DNA of 64,000 nt from Takakia lepidozioides (lineage: Eukaryota > Plantae > Bryophyta), in the NCBI GenBank assembly GCA_030704615.1, contig CM060732.1, positions 54,250,001 to 54,314,000 on the forward strand, written 5' to 3'. The position numbers were made by a program, and so were the translations under genes. Under the pieces are notes generated by a model that saw nothing but the letters and a program-made list of their open reading frames with translations, was not told where the DNA came from and made no database searches. The stretch's first letter is position 1, and the number at the start of each line of letters is the position of its first letter. This document shows, piece after piece, positions 1 to 10,550 of the stretch.

Positions 1-425
1 GCATTTAAATGCCGAAAATCAACGCAAAAACGGGTGGAGCCATCCTTCTTACCCACCAAGACAATGGGACTAGCCCAAGGGGATATGGAGGGGGTGATTA
101 TACCAGCATCAAGCATCTTCGTAAGCTCATCCTGAATGACCTTGCGTTCACGGACACTCTCCCTGTAGGCATGTTGTTTGATAGGCTTACCATCCGTGAT
201 GATGTCATGATCCAGAAGGGTGGTGCGGCCCAAGTCATGAAGCCCTTGACTAAAGATGTCGAGATTGTCACGGAGAAACTGGTGCAGGCGATTAATCTGC
301 TGGGGAGCAAGGTGATCACCCACCTTGATATCCTGCCTCAGGAAGCGGGCCTTTGTCAGTGGAACCAGAGTGAGAGGCAAAGGCCTGGAGTTAGTCCACA
401 GGGGAGTCCACCAGCCCAATATCAT
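1..425 (-). pseudogene. Ty3/gypsy reverse transcriptase, N-terminal part (runs off the window start)
   Basis: Minus-strand frame not in the ORF track reads IKVGDHLAPQQINRL...PIKQHAYRESVRERKVIQDELTKMLDAGIITPSISPWASPIVLVGKKDGSTRFCVDFRHLN, the canonical start of a Ty3/gypsy RT. It lies in the +1 frame relative to the upstream PR-dUTPase ORF, which stops at TAA 391-393. Confidence 0.93.
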
Positions 426-1434
426 GAAGACTGAGACCTTTCTGAACAGAGGTCAGCTCAGACAAAGGAGTAGCAGTGAGTCTAGCAAAGATCTGACCCC
501 TACGTATATTGATGCTGATGCGTTCAAGATTAGCAAGAAGTAACCTGACCTCACCTTTGAAACCTCGGTCTAAAACCCCAGAAGCAATCAGACAGTGCTT
601 TTGGAGGGTAAGTTTCTTCCAGCCCTCAATCTCAAGGAAATGACCTACAGGGCAAGCAAAAGCTAGACCTGTAGGTACTATGCGCTGAGAAAAAATAGGG
701 ATGATGAAGTCAATAGGAGAACGTAGCAAAAGAGAGTTCTTTGCCACGGGCAGTGGAGGTCCAGACTTCTTACCTGGTGGAGGGAAATGCCATTGATACC
801 AGGTATCACCAAGTGGGTGGAACTGGCTGAACTTGGCCCAATTATAATGCAAACCCACCTGCTCCTTCATCTGCTCAGCTTGAAGCTTGAGACGAGAATA
901 GTTGGCCATAGAGGTCCCAGTAGCAATGGTAACATGGTTTAGATTCACCTTGTAGGGTTGCCCTTCACCATTGTGAAGACACATAATGTTATTCATGATG
1001 TCTATGCTGGCCTCTGCACCCTTCATCCAATCCAGACCCAGCAAAACTTGCTCACCCATGGTGACAATGCAGGTTAGCAAGACAGTTTTCCCACTAATGC
1101 AGATAGGTAAGGTGACTAACCCAATAGGTTCATAAGCCGTGCCATCAGCTATGGTAACCACAAGACCATGAGCAGAGCCAATCTTTAATCCAAGAATGCA
1201 AACTGTACTAAGTGGAATGGCAGACATGGTACAGCCCGTATCAATAACACATGGAAAGGAAAGGTGGCCTACATGACATTGTGTCATCAACGGGTGGATA
1301 CGGTCCCGACTGAAACGTTTATAGGCTTCACAATGCATGAGTTTGAAATCACGAGAAAGAACAACACTTACCAGCGTGTTGGGGTTCTTACCATGGTCAT
1401 CTGGCACCCTCACAGACGACCTGGTTCGTTTAAA
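391..1434 (-). CDS. Retrotransposon pol 5' part: aspartic protease followed by a degenerate dUTPase-like domain
   Basis: Protease motifs CVIDTGCTMS and VLLGLDWM. dUTPase-like segment IVPTGLAFACP...SGVLDRGFKGEVRLLLAN...IRRGQIFARL. The track start is GTG; the frame is reachable from gag by a -1 shift at 1428-1434. Confidence 0.88.
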   Translation of the reverse strand, partial: FKRTRSSVRVPDDHGKNPNTLVSVVLSRDFKLMHCEAYKRFSRDRIHPLMTQCHVGHLSFPCVIDTGCTMSAIPLSTVCILGLKIGSAHGLVVTIADGTAYEPIGLVTLPICISGKTVLLTCIVTMGEQVLLGLDWMKGAEASIDIMNNIMCLHNGEGQPYKVNLNHVTIATGTSMANYSRLKLQAEQMKEQVGLHYNWAKFSQFHPLGDTWYQWHFPPPGKKSGPPLPVAKNSLLLRSPIDFIIPIFSQRIVPTGLAFACPVGHFLEIEGWKKLTLQKHCLIASGVLDRGFKGEVRLLLANLERISINIRRGQIFARLTATPLSELTSVQKGLSLHDIGLVDSPVD

Positions 1435-2612
1435 GTACCCTGCTGTTTCTTATCCCTTTGTAACTGTTCAATCAGGGCAGACAAGTCAGATTGGTAAGGG
1501 CACCACCTGGTGTAATGCTTGATGGACTTGCAAATCATGCAAGCCACCACTGAGGTCCTGGTGTCATGACGCATGCCAGCATAGGCTTTACTTTGAATCC
1601 CGGATCTGGCAGGGACTGCAGGGTTCCAGCCTACCTCAGCCTTGAAGGCTTGCAGTTCTCCCTGGATTTCATTACAAAAGGATGACAATTCATGCACAAT
1701 GGAAGGGACCAGATCTGCTGCAATACCTTTCACCCCAGGGTCCCCATCAGTAGGCTCTACACAGTGACTCTCACTAGCGAGATGAGTGTGTTTTGTGGTG
1801 GCAACTTTAGACAGGCCTGCCTTAGCAGCTTTGAGACGTAATCGTTCTTCAATCAATTCCACCATCTCATCTTCAGTGGTGTAAGACTGTTTTTGCAAAA
1901 ACACTTTATCAGCAGGTGGCAAGCCTTTTACAAAACAATATTTCAAAATAGTAGGTCTCTCTGATGTAATCAAAACCGACTTACAAATTGCAGTTTGTAA
2001 ATCAGTGTAGTATTTCCACACACTGTCGCCATAATGAAATTTTAAGTCTGGTGTGGTGTAAGCTATGGGCTTTTCTTCATGAAAGAGCTTGCGAGCCAGC
2101 TCTCTAGCCTCGACCCACGTAAGATCAGTTTTGTCCTTAATGTTGGACTCAAACAGTTGCTTGGCCTCTCCTTTGAGACAGATCCGAAAGGACTTGACTT
2201 GGAATCGTGGAGGAACTCCATTCATTTCAGTGCTGATTTCAAAAAATTCCAAGAATGACTCAAAATCCTCCCCTAAGTTGTACTTATGGTATTGCTGCTT
2301 ATGCATTTGCTCTCCATGATCAGATTTTCGTGGAGTAGTGTCCGGAGCCTCAGATTGTTTCAGCAACATCTTCAAAAGGGGGGGGCAATTTGAAATCACC
2401 CCTATGGCTTCACACAACCCGTCCAAATCAAATGTGGGTTGAGGCACAGTCGCCGGATCTTTGTGATCTCCGGACGACTCTCCCTTTTCCATATTATTCT
2501 TTCCATTGGTTGCTGTCTCTTCCCTCTCCTCCGCTGCACGTTTTTCCAACTCACTCAGTCCCATTGTTTCTTCTGTTTCCCTTTCTAGCGTAGATCTTGT
2601 AAATACAGGCAT
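1410..2612 (-). CDS. Retrotransposon Gag with CCHC zinc knuckle
   Basis: 400-aa ORF with gag capsid-like segment (FLEFFE...CLKGEAKQLFES...TWVEARE) and a CX2CX4HX4C knuckle CMICKSIKHYTRWC, directly upstream of the protease. Confidence 0.9.
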   Translation of the reverse strand: MPVFTRSTLERETEETMGLSELEKRAAEEREETATNGKNNMEKGESSGDHKDPATVPQPTFDLDGLCEAIGVISNCPPLLKMLLKQSEAPDTTPRKSDHGEQMHKQQYHKYNLGEDFESFLEFFEISTEMNGVPPRFQVKSFRICLKGEAKQLFESNIKDKTDLTWVEARELARKLFHEEKPIAYTTPDLKFHYGDSVWKYYTDLQTAICKSVLITSERPTILKYCFVKGLPPADKVFLQKQSYTTEDEMVELIEERLRLKAAKAGLSKVATTKHTHLASESHCVEPTDGDPGVKGIAADLVPSIVHELSSFCNEIQGELQAFKAEVGWNPAVPARSGIQSKAYAGMRHDTRTSVVACMICKSIKHYTRWCPYQSDLSALIEQLQRDKKQQGTLNEPGRL

Positions 2613-2630
2613 GAGAAAAGAATGACACGG

Positions 2631-3551
2631 CTACCTGTCTGAAGGAGCACTAAGCTGTGAGTCCCACCCAGACACACAGTGGGAGGTGATGAAGCGGTGC
2701 TTGTGCACCAGGTACACTCCTTCTCCCAAGAATGCCCACAGTTCTTCTTCTCCCTTGAGCCAAAAAGTCACACGCACAATGCTGCGCACCACTTTCTCTT
2801 TCACCAACAGCGCGTGTGCAGGATATGTTCGAGCTTCTTCGGCCTTGTAGAGACCTACCGTTTCACGCTGAAAACACACCCCCGGAAAGATCAACACATC
2901 ACTGGGACAAAAAGGAAATTCAGAGTCAGGGTTACCCGTGATGAGCTCTTTCCAAGTGGGATCACGGGTAGGGGCTGGCGGAACTCAAGGTCTTAAATTA
3001 GCAAGCATGTTAGATGTGCCTCCCTTAACCAGTTCCCACAAGCGTAGAGGGCTCGGCTTGTCAGGAGGCAGGAAGCTCTCAAGCTCCACACCCAATTCTC
3101 GACTCACGGAGAATTGCGGGATGCCCAAGACAGCCCAGCTAAGCTTCTCACCACTCTCCAATTGTTCCTTGGCACTAGCAAGGGGGATTTGTAGAGTGAC
3201 TTCCCTGCAGTGAAGTTTGAGGAGCACGCGCGTACCATAGGCCCCCTGAAGAGATTCGCGAATGCGCCTGCTCTGCTCCCTCTGCTCCGCTTTGGTGTGT
3301 ATGGGTTTGCAGGCTTCCTTGCGCGCGGTTTCCTCAAAGGTTTTGGCCCAGAACTCCGAAGGCGTGTCCAGCGGGAGCTCAGGGCGCGGAATCGATTCTC
3401 CCTCCGAGTAATCAATAAAAACCAACTGCTCAGGCAATAGGTTGCGCGCAAGCTCATAAATATAGCAAGATTCCAACGCCAGAGTTTGCTTCAAGCGCGG
3501 GACTTCGAATTGATCAAGTTCAAACCAACCACGCTCAGAACTGGAAGCCAT
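2631..3551 (-). pseudogene. Extra ORF upstream of gag (~306 codons) interrupted by one in-frame TGA
   Basis: Track ORFs 2985..3551 and 2631..2897 are in the same frame, separated only by TGA at 2985-2987 and an open linker VPPAPTRDPTWKELITGNPDSEFPFCPSD. It lies between the PBS and gag. Confidence 0.65.
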
Positions 3552-3743
3552 GGTGCTTGTGTGCTAAACTCTCAAAACACAGAAGAACACGAGCAGACAA
3601 ACTTTCTCTCTCTCTCCTTGCGCGCAAGACACCAGCCGCCATTTTGCCAATTCCTCTCGCTGCAATCATGCATGATCCCCTGTACCCAATCTACTGTTCT
3701 CAGGTGTTTCGTACCCACTAAATCCTCTGTCAACAATTCTAGT

Positions 3744-3761
3744 TACCCCGCATCTCCACCA
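3744..3761 (-). promoter_or_regulatory. Primer-binding site complementary to tRNA-Ala 3' end
   Basis: Minus strand TGGTGGAGATGCGGGGTA (plus taccccgcatctccacca) matches the 3' end of plant tRNA-Ala including CCA, as recalled. It directly follows a CA dinucleotide taken as the LTR end. Confidence 0.85.
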
Positions 3762-4274
3762 TGATTCCGGCACTATGGGTTTGTTCCCCTTCCTCTACCG
3801 GACTTGACTCTATCTTGGGAATGTAGTCGGTAGAAGGGCATGGCAGAGAAGACGGAATCTTGCTAAGAGGACGCCACAGACTCAGACCTCCAACACTTTC
3901 ATCCAACCACTCAAGCACACCGTTACGCCCAACGTACGTTCGCGTAAGACTCAAAAGCCACCACCCTCATTGCCACGACAGTGAGGCTTAAATAGTATTA
4001 GGTCATAATCTAATCCTAGTGTCGTGTGACACTTACACATAGGTCCACCAGTTGTCCTTCCAGCATAGCCATAGAAAGAAGCCAGGTCACCCAGTCCCAT
4101 CCTAATCTGATCCTAAACTAGCTGTTAGAATAAGACAACCCCTAATAAAGCCATCGGCTGTTGCCAGCTCATCCTCATGCGCAAGGTGTAAGTCCATCCA
4201 GCCTTCATCATGGCTTCGTCCATCCCTTAAATCATCCGGAGCGCATCCCTCCTCCATCCATCCATGTCGAAAAG

Positions 4275-4570
4275 GCCTCTCATTTTAAGATAATAGGGTC
4301 TTCAATGGGCACGTGCGATGTGGCTGGTGGGCCCCACGCACGGACGCCCGGCTCCCCAGCACCCCGCCCGCCCGCCCCCGCGCGGCCAGTCCCCCGCCCA
4401 TGAGTCCCCCGCCCTCCAGTCCGCCAGTCCGCTGCTGGCCAGTCGGCTGCCCAGCAGTCTGCCAGTCCGCCAGTCTGCCCGCCAGTCCCCTGCCATCCAG
4501 TCCGATGACGGCGCAGGATCGCCACCGTCCATTCCCATAACCCATCCGAGCCCTCCATTTTTAGGGCTGC
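4275..4570 (+). repeat. Left TIR of the MULE
   Basis: Inverted copy of ~12947-13286; GC-rich with repeated CCAGTC motifs. Confidence 0.93.
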
Positions 4571-5320
4571 GAAAATGGCAATGATCTTCCCACCAAATCC
4601 TGGCCGCTCTCTATTGACGGCTGTTTGTTGTCCGATGTTGCGGTAGGCGTTTCCATGCACGCGACTGTTCCTCTTTTGCGCGCGATGTTCATGATGATGA
4701 TGAAGCGCGTGCTTGAACATGAGAGGACTGTCTGGGCACTACAGCCACCATCGTGCATATGCTTCCACTATTTTTGCCTTCTTGTTGTGCTTTCGGGAAC
4801 CTTCGTTTTATGGTTTGGTTCTATGTCATAAATATGGAAAATGCGGACATCTGTTGTCGATAACGTCCTCTGCTTGTGATCCGTCATGATATGTTTAGCC
4901 CCTTCGTACTGCATCCCTCATGAGAGCCTTCACAAGTTTAGTTTGTTAAAGGAACCCATGGGTAACATGGGCGCGAAAATGGTGGAAGCGTATGCACATG
5001 GGGGCGTGTATTGCAGATTTTGTATCGGACGATGGGACTGTTTATGTGACCAAGTATAGCGGCTTGCATCCGTCGTGCATAAGTTGTGGAAAAGGGTGGA
5101 GAATCTGAAGAAACCCAGCTTTGTGATGGATCCACATGGTATTATATAAGGGATGGCAGCACAAAAAAACAATTCGAGTCGTCACGGAACACCATCCAGT
5201 CGTAAGGTCCTCAAACATCCACACGCACCTGCTGAATGCAGATGTCTGAGCCACGACAGGAGATGTCTGAGACAATTGCATCTGCAAATGCGCATGGATG
5301 TTTGAGGTCCGTTGTGTCGC

Positions 5321-5952
5321 GAGTCTGTTCACAGTGGGTCCGCTGGCCCGTCAGTGCTCCGGATATTCCCCTTATCGCGTGCATAACAGTTAGTTTGGAG
5401 GCGGTCTGCTGGAAGTCCGTCTGTTGGGATAGCAGTCTGTTGCACTTGTGAATTTGTCAGTCTGTTGTATCGGAAGTCTGTTGCACTAAGTCTGTTTGAC
5501 TTCTTATTTTCCCTCCGGTCAGTCTTTTGGCTTGTTCTCCCGCCAGTCTGGCGAAACGTCCGTCTGCTGGACAGTTCTCCTCTATGGATATCAGTCTGTT
5601 GGACTGTGCATGCATCAGTCTATTGTGTTGCGAGTCTGTTCATAGTGGGTCCGCTGGCACGTCAGTGCTCCGGATATTCCCCTTATCGCGTGCATAACAG
5701 TCAGTTTGGAGGCGGTCTGCTGGAAGTCCGTCTGTTGGGATATCAGTCTGTTGCACTTGTGAATTTGTCAGTCTGTTGTGTCGGAAGTCTGTTGCACTAA
5801 GTCTGTTTGACTTCTTATTTTTCCTCCGGTCAGTCTTTTGGCTTGTTCTCCCGCCAGTCTGGCGAAACGTCCGTCTGCTGGACAGTTCTCCTCTATGGAT
5901 ATCAGTATGTTGGACTGTGCATGCATCAGTCTGTTGTGCCGCGAGTCTGTTC
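5321..5952 (+). repeat. Tandem direct duplication, 311-bp unit x2
   Basis: GAGTCTGTTC recurs at 5321, 5632 and 5943. The units are nearly identical, giving duplicated spurious ORFs 5465/5776. Confidence 0.9.
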
Positions 5953-6576
5953 GCAATGGGTGTGTTCGACTTTCCTGTTCTCCCCTTACTCTCTTTTGTC
6001 TTCATTCCGCTGGCAGGGAAGTGCCTCCAATATGAAGCCGCTTCGCCTCAGCAAAGCGAATAGTCCGCTAGACTGGCGGTCCGGTGGACTCTCGGCCCGA
6101 TGGGAAATGAGTCTGCTGCACTTGCGAGGAGCGTGGATGAATTTAGTACGATCCGTTCATTCGGTGGACATATTCAATGCGATGACGGCGGATAGTTGGC
6201 GCCTGTGAAATCGCGCCACGTTGGCAGTGCCATGCCCGCTTTCCCCCTTCTACTTCTACTTTCTCCATTCTCTTCGCGCCTGTTTCTTCGCACAGTTTTG
6301 CACTGCTTTGTTTTCCTCTTTGCGTTTCCATCACCGTAACGAAAGACGACCGTTCTTCCCCAGGTGTGGAGAGTCCCGGTGAGCCGCGAAGCGTCACGAA
6401 CATGCTCGCCTTCGTAACAACTCGAAGTTCATCGGCTCGGTGAGGTTCTCACTTGCTGCGGTGTTTCCATTCCATTCTATGTCCTCTTCTTCTTGCTTAG
6501 GGTGAGTCTTTTCATAGGACTTCTATCTGTCGCTCTGTCGCTCATTGTCCTTGCACCTTCGTTTCATTCTGCAGTG

Positions 6577-8977
6577 ATGGAGGATGCTTGTGAAAAAGGT
6601 GGAGCGGACTGGTTGGATTTTGTGCACCAAACCAGACTGAAGAAGGAGCGAAGGTACTGGTACTCACCAGACGAGTTTGATCATAAAATAGTGGAAGCAT
6701 TTGTAGACCTCCGCGCCTGGAAGCCCAAAAACTCAAATTGGCAGAAGGACAAGCTCTTCTGTCCCTTCTGTGAAGAGGTAATCAAGGACAAAATCCAACT
6801 AAATCGGCATTGTGTTGACACGGGTTGCAAGGAGACTGTTGCAATGATTCCACGGGATTTCAAGCCTTGGCCGATACTAAAAGAAATGTCGATTGTCAAA
6901 GAGGCCACAATGCGCTTGCGCGGATTGGTGCTTGACCCCCGCACTTTGGAATTAGACGAAGTGCGCGCACGGTATGGCGTCCATTGTGGTGGCCCGTCAA
7001 TGGAGGATTTGCAAGTGCAGGAAACGCTGGACGCTCCCAGAAAACGTAAACTGAGTGATGGGGCCCAAAAAAAGGAGAGGCAAAAAAAGGAGAAGGTTGC
7101 AAGGTCTGCTCACGAGGCAAGGGCTAAATCCACGCAACAGACTGAACCCCGTCCTGGGCGACAGACCCACCCCATCAGTACTGATACTGAAAGTGAATCT
7201 GCTCAGGGCCTGGAAGGGGTGACAAGTCCAGTGGACATTGACTTGCCTGACCAGACTCGGCAGCAGACTCACACAAATATCGCGACCCATGCCATCGGCT
7301 TAGGGTCAAAACCAAAAACTCAACAGAGCACTGAAGGGCCAGTCTGCCCTGGCACATTGCGCCTCGTTGACTTTGGGCTTTTTCCCACCAGAGTGCCCAC
7401 CAATTGGGGATCCAGACTTCTTCCATTATTTCTACAGAGTTGCCCAGTCAGGTCCGCTACGCACATTAATCTGACAGGCGGAACAGAACTGGTTGAACAG
7501 CTTTGAAGATGAAGATGACGATGATGAAGTAGAGGAGGTAATGGTCAGTCTGACTGCCCAGTCTGTTCTCTGTGCTGTTTGAGTCCATCATCGGGGTCAC
7601 GTTGCCTATTCAGTCTGGTCAGTCCCCTGCATTCTCTCCTCAGTCCGCTGGCTCAGTCCGCTCGTCAGTTAGTCTGTTTTATATCGCTGCATTACTTACT
7701 GAGTCCGTTTGTCAGTCCACTGGTCCAATCCACTGGTATAGTCTACTAGTTGCTTCCACCCTACGTACGCATGTTACAGTCTGCTGGTCTGTGAGTCCAG
7801 TCCGCTGCATGAGGTGAATATAGAGTCCACGTCCATGTTCCTGACGTCGAAGTTCTCTGCCGTGTACTAGGATGAACGTGTTTCTATTCGTAGGGCCATT
7901 CAGGCTTGGCGGAAACCTAGCAATGATGCTCATTTACAAGCGACTGTAGTGCGTGCGGAAGTGGACCGCGTGCGAGAGTACATATTATTGAAGTATCCTG
8001 GGTCATCTGCTGCTATAGCGGCATTACATATTGAAGACGTGTCGGGGGGGAATGCGTCTGGGACAGCCAAGTCTACCATCCAACAGACTCCCATTCAGCA
8101 GGCCGTCATCCAGCAGACTCCCGTTCAGCAGCCTGTCATCCAGCAGACTCCAAGAGAGCAGACTCCCAACGAGTAGCCTGTCATCCTGCAGACTCCTCTC
8201 CAGGAGCCCATCGTGCAGCCCATGCCAATGGGAAGTCCCGTAATCCAACAGATTGCGGACCAGTAGACTGCCTTTCTCTCACATAGCACGACGCTTTTTG
8301 CAGTTTGGCGATCGCCATCACCGGTAATTCGCCCCGGAGCTGAAGACCTCACACTTCCTCGGCTTAGGATGGGAGAAATTAATCCCCATTTGGATTGGCA
8401 TAATGAGCTCCACCGGATCGTTGCGGACCGCCGGTGGTCATTTGTACCCTTTCATTATTCTATGGAGTTTTCTATTGAGGAAGCCAACCATGTTCTAGAA
8501 GCCGCCTCTGCTGTTGCCATTGAAGCCACAAGCGACCAAAATGCGCCGCCTCTACTTGTGCAGCTGATTCTCATGGATGACCCACGGCCTGAAGACCTCA
8601 GACATATGCCTATGGCACATCCAATTTTTGGGGTGCGAAGAAAGCACTTGTTCGGATTGACTGAGGAGGACTTTGAGCGCATAGCAGCTTCCTTCCTACA
8701 ACACAGATGGATGCAATTTGGCAATTTCCGCTCATACAACAAGTTGATGAAGGATCTGCATAGTTTGAGGATGAACTTACTCCATGGAACAGACCATTCA
8801 CAGAAGTTTGTGGTGGATGAGGCATTGCACTGGTTTGCATTGGTGATGGAGCGAGCAGTATTCGACATTGTTTTGCAGAATCCCAATGTTTTCAAAGTCC
8901 TGTGGTGTGGGATCCCAACTGAAGACCGCATTTGCTCATCTCGATGCTTATATGGGAACTCACTGGCCGTGTGCTAA
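6577..8977 (+). pseudogene. MULE accessory gene (Cys/His finger, basic patch, Q-rich repeats), spliced and decayed
   Basis: ATG at 6577 after a ctgcag acceptor. Contains CPFCEE...LNRHC, KRKLSD...KKERQKKEK, an acidic tract ending at a GT donor ~7538, and QQTP repeats at 8080-8170. Frameshifts and stops are present. Confidence 0.45.
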
Positions 8978-9795
8978 CACACTACTGGTACGCAATCCAT
9001 TTGAAGACCCACGGGTTCATAAGAAATGACAAACACGAAAAGTACATATCCAATTCTATACTTGCGGCACGAGACATTCCTGCTGAGAGTGTTACTCTTC
9101 CTTTGGGTCCTGGTGAACCAGCCTACGTTCTCAGCAGCAACCACCCCGGCACAACATACATTGTTTACAATCCTAATTGCGATTGGGGTTGTTGCACGTG
9201 CCCATGGGCAATGAAGGGAAACTTATGCAAGCATCAGGTCCGTGTCCTGAAGATGTTTCACCCTGACCTGCAGGATGGCCTCCTTGTGCGCGCTTGTGGC
9301 ACGGCGCTGGGAACCATTCATGGAGGATTACCTAACTTGCTCTTGGGCAATGGTGCCGGCGGCATCGACGAATCCAATCAGTTCATGGAAAGACATCCTC
9401 CGGACGACTTCCCCTACGACGAGGCACCTCTACAGGTCTCAGCCTCATTGGAACAAGAATTCGCGGACATACTTCGCATTGTAGGTGATGACAAATACTT
9501 GGAGGCACATGCCCGATCTGCTCTTCATATGTGCAGAGGGCAGCTCGTTGATATCCTGGCAAAAAGTGCGGCTGGAATGTTGCACCCTGCGGCAGCGAAG
9601 GCTTTCCGTCCTCTGAACGACAACAACAACATGTCTCTGAAAAGGAGACGAGATTTCGTGGAGGCCTGGAAAACCCGGCCAAGGGTTTTGCGGAGAACCA
9701 GCAAGAGGGTGTCTGCACCTGCACCTGCAACACATATATACTCAAAAATTTGCAAGGTTTCAGGTCGTGTAGATGTCACGAAGAAGACAATATAA
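8932..9795 (+). pseudogene. MULE transposase C-terminal half (SWIM zinc finger); DDE core not seen
   Basis: THYWY...CCTCPWAMKGNLCKHQ SWIM motif, colinear with the second transposase at 46040-46944 (PHYWY...CCDCPNAMEGNLCKHQ; AGxLHP; LKRRxDxVE). Confidence 0.85.
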
Positions 9796-10005
9796 GTCTG
9801 CAATGCCTCGAAAATAGACAAGGTTTCACGTCGTGTAGGTGTCACGGAGAAGACAATATAAGTCTGCAATTCCTCGAAAAGAGACAAGGTTTCATGTCGT
9901 GTAGGTGTCACGAAGAAGACAATATAAGTCTGCAATTCCTCGAAAAGAGACAAGGTGACATGTCGTGTAGGTGTCACGAAGAAGACAATATAAGTCTGCA
10001 ATTTC
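9755..10005 (+). repeat. 66-bp minisatellite, ~4 copies
   Basis: Unit starts AGGT(T/G) at 9755, 9821, 9887 and 9953, each containing GTCACG(A/G)AGAAGACAATATAAGTCTGCAAT. Confidence 0.92.
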
Positions 10006-10550
10006 TTCTGGTAGCATTGTCCCTTTCTGAAATACAAGTCCGCAATGGACTAATGCACAGTCTCCCAACGGACTCCTCCAGTCTCCCAACTGACTCCCAC
10101 ACAGTCTCCCAAGCATAGTCTCCCAACGGACTCACGCACAGTCTCCCAACAGAGTCACAGTCAACAGACTGCGAGTGCCAGTAAGCCAGTCTGCTGGTCA
10201 GTCTGCTGCCCACTCCAAAAGTCTGCTCACCATACTTTCACCTCATCCCTGCAACTTATGTCAATCCAGCGTCCCAGCGGACTCATGGACATGGTGCCTC
10301 CCAGACTAGGTACCAGACCCAGCAGTCCTAGCCTCGGCAGCGTACTGCTCGCACATTCAAGCTCAGCAGACTCGGGTGCACAGTGCATGAAAAAATTGAC
10401 ACCATTGTGTCCATTGAGTTTAGTGACAACATTACAAAACATGCCAGCACCCACAGTACACAAAAATGCTCATCACCACTGGAATAGTACGCGAAAAGAC
10501 TCGCATTTTTTATTTTGGTACATAGACTTCACATGACAAGTACATCATAC

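Noticed and set aside
9-434. 141-aa plus-strand ORF
   Set aside because: Antisense shadow of the RT frame.
4041-4130. Alternative LTR ends (TCTAACA at 4123; GACA-AC-TGGTGGACC at 4053)
   Set aside because: The 18-nt tRNA-Ala PBS at 3744-3761 directly after a CA is much stronger evidence for the boundary.
9755-10005. Regular repeats resembling a CRISPR array
   Set aside because: The whole 66-bp unit repeats with no unique spacers, in eukaryotic TE context: a minisatellite.
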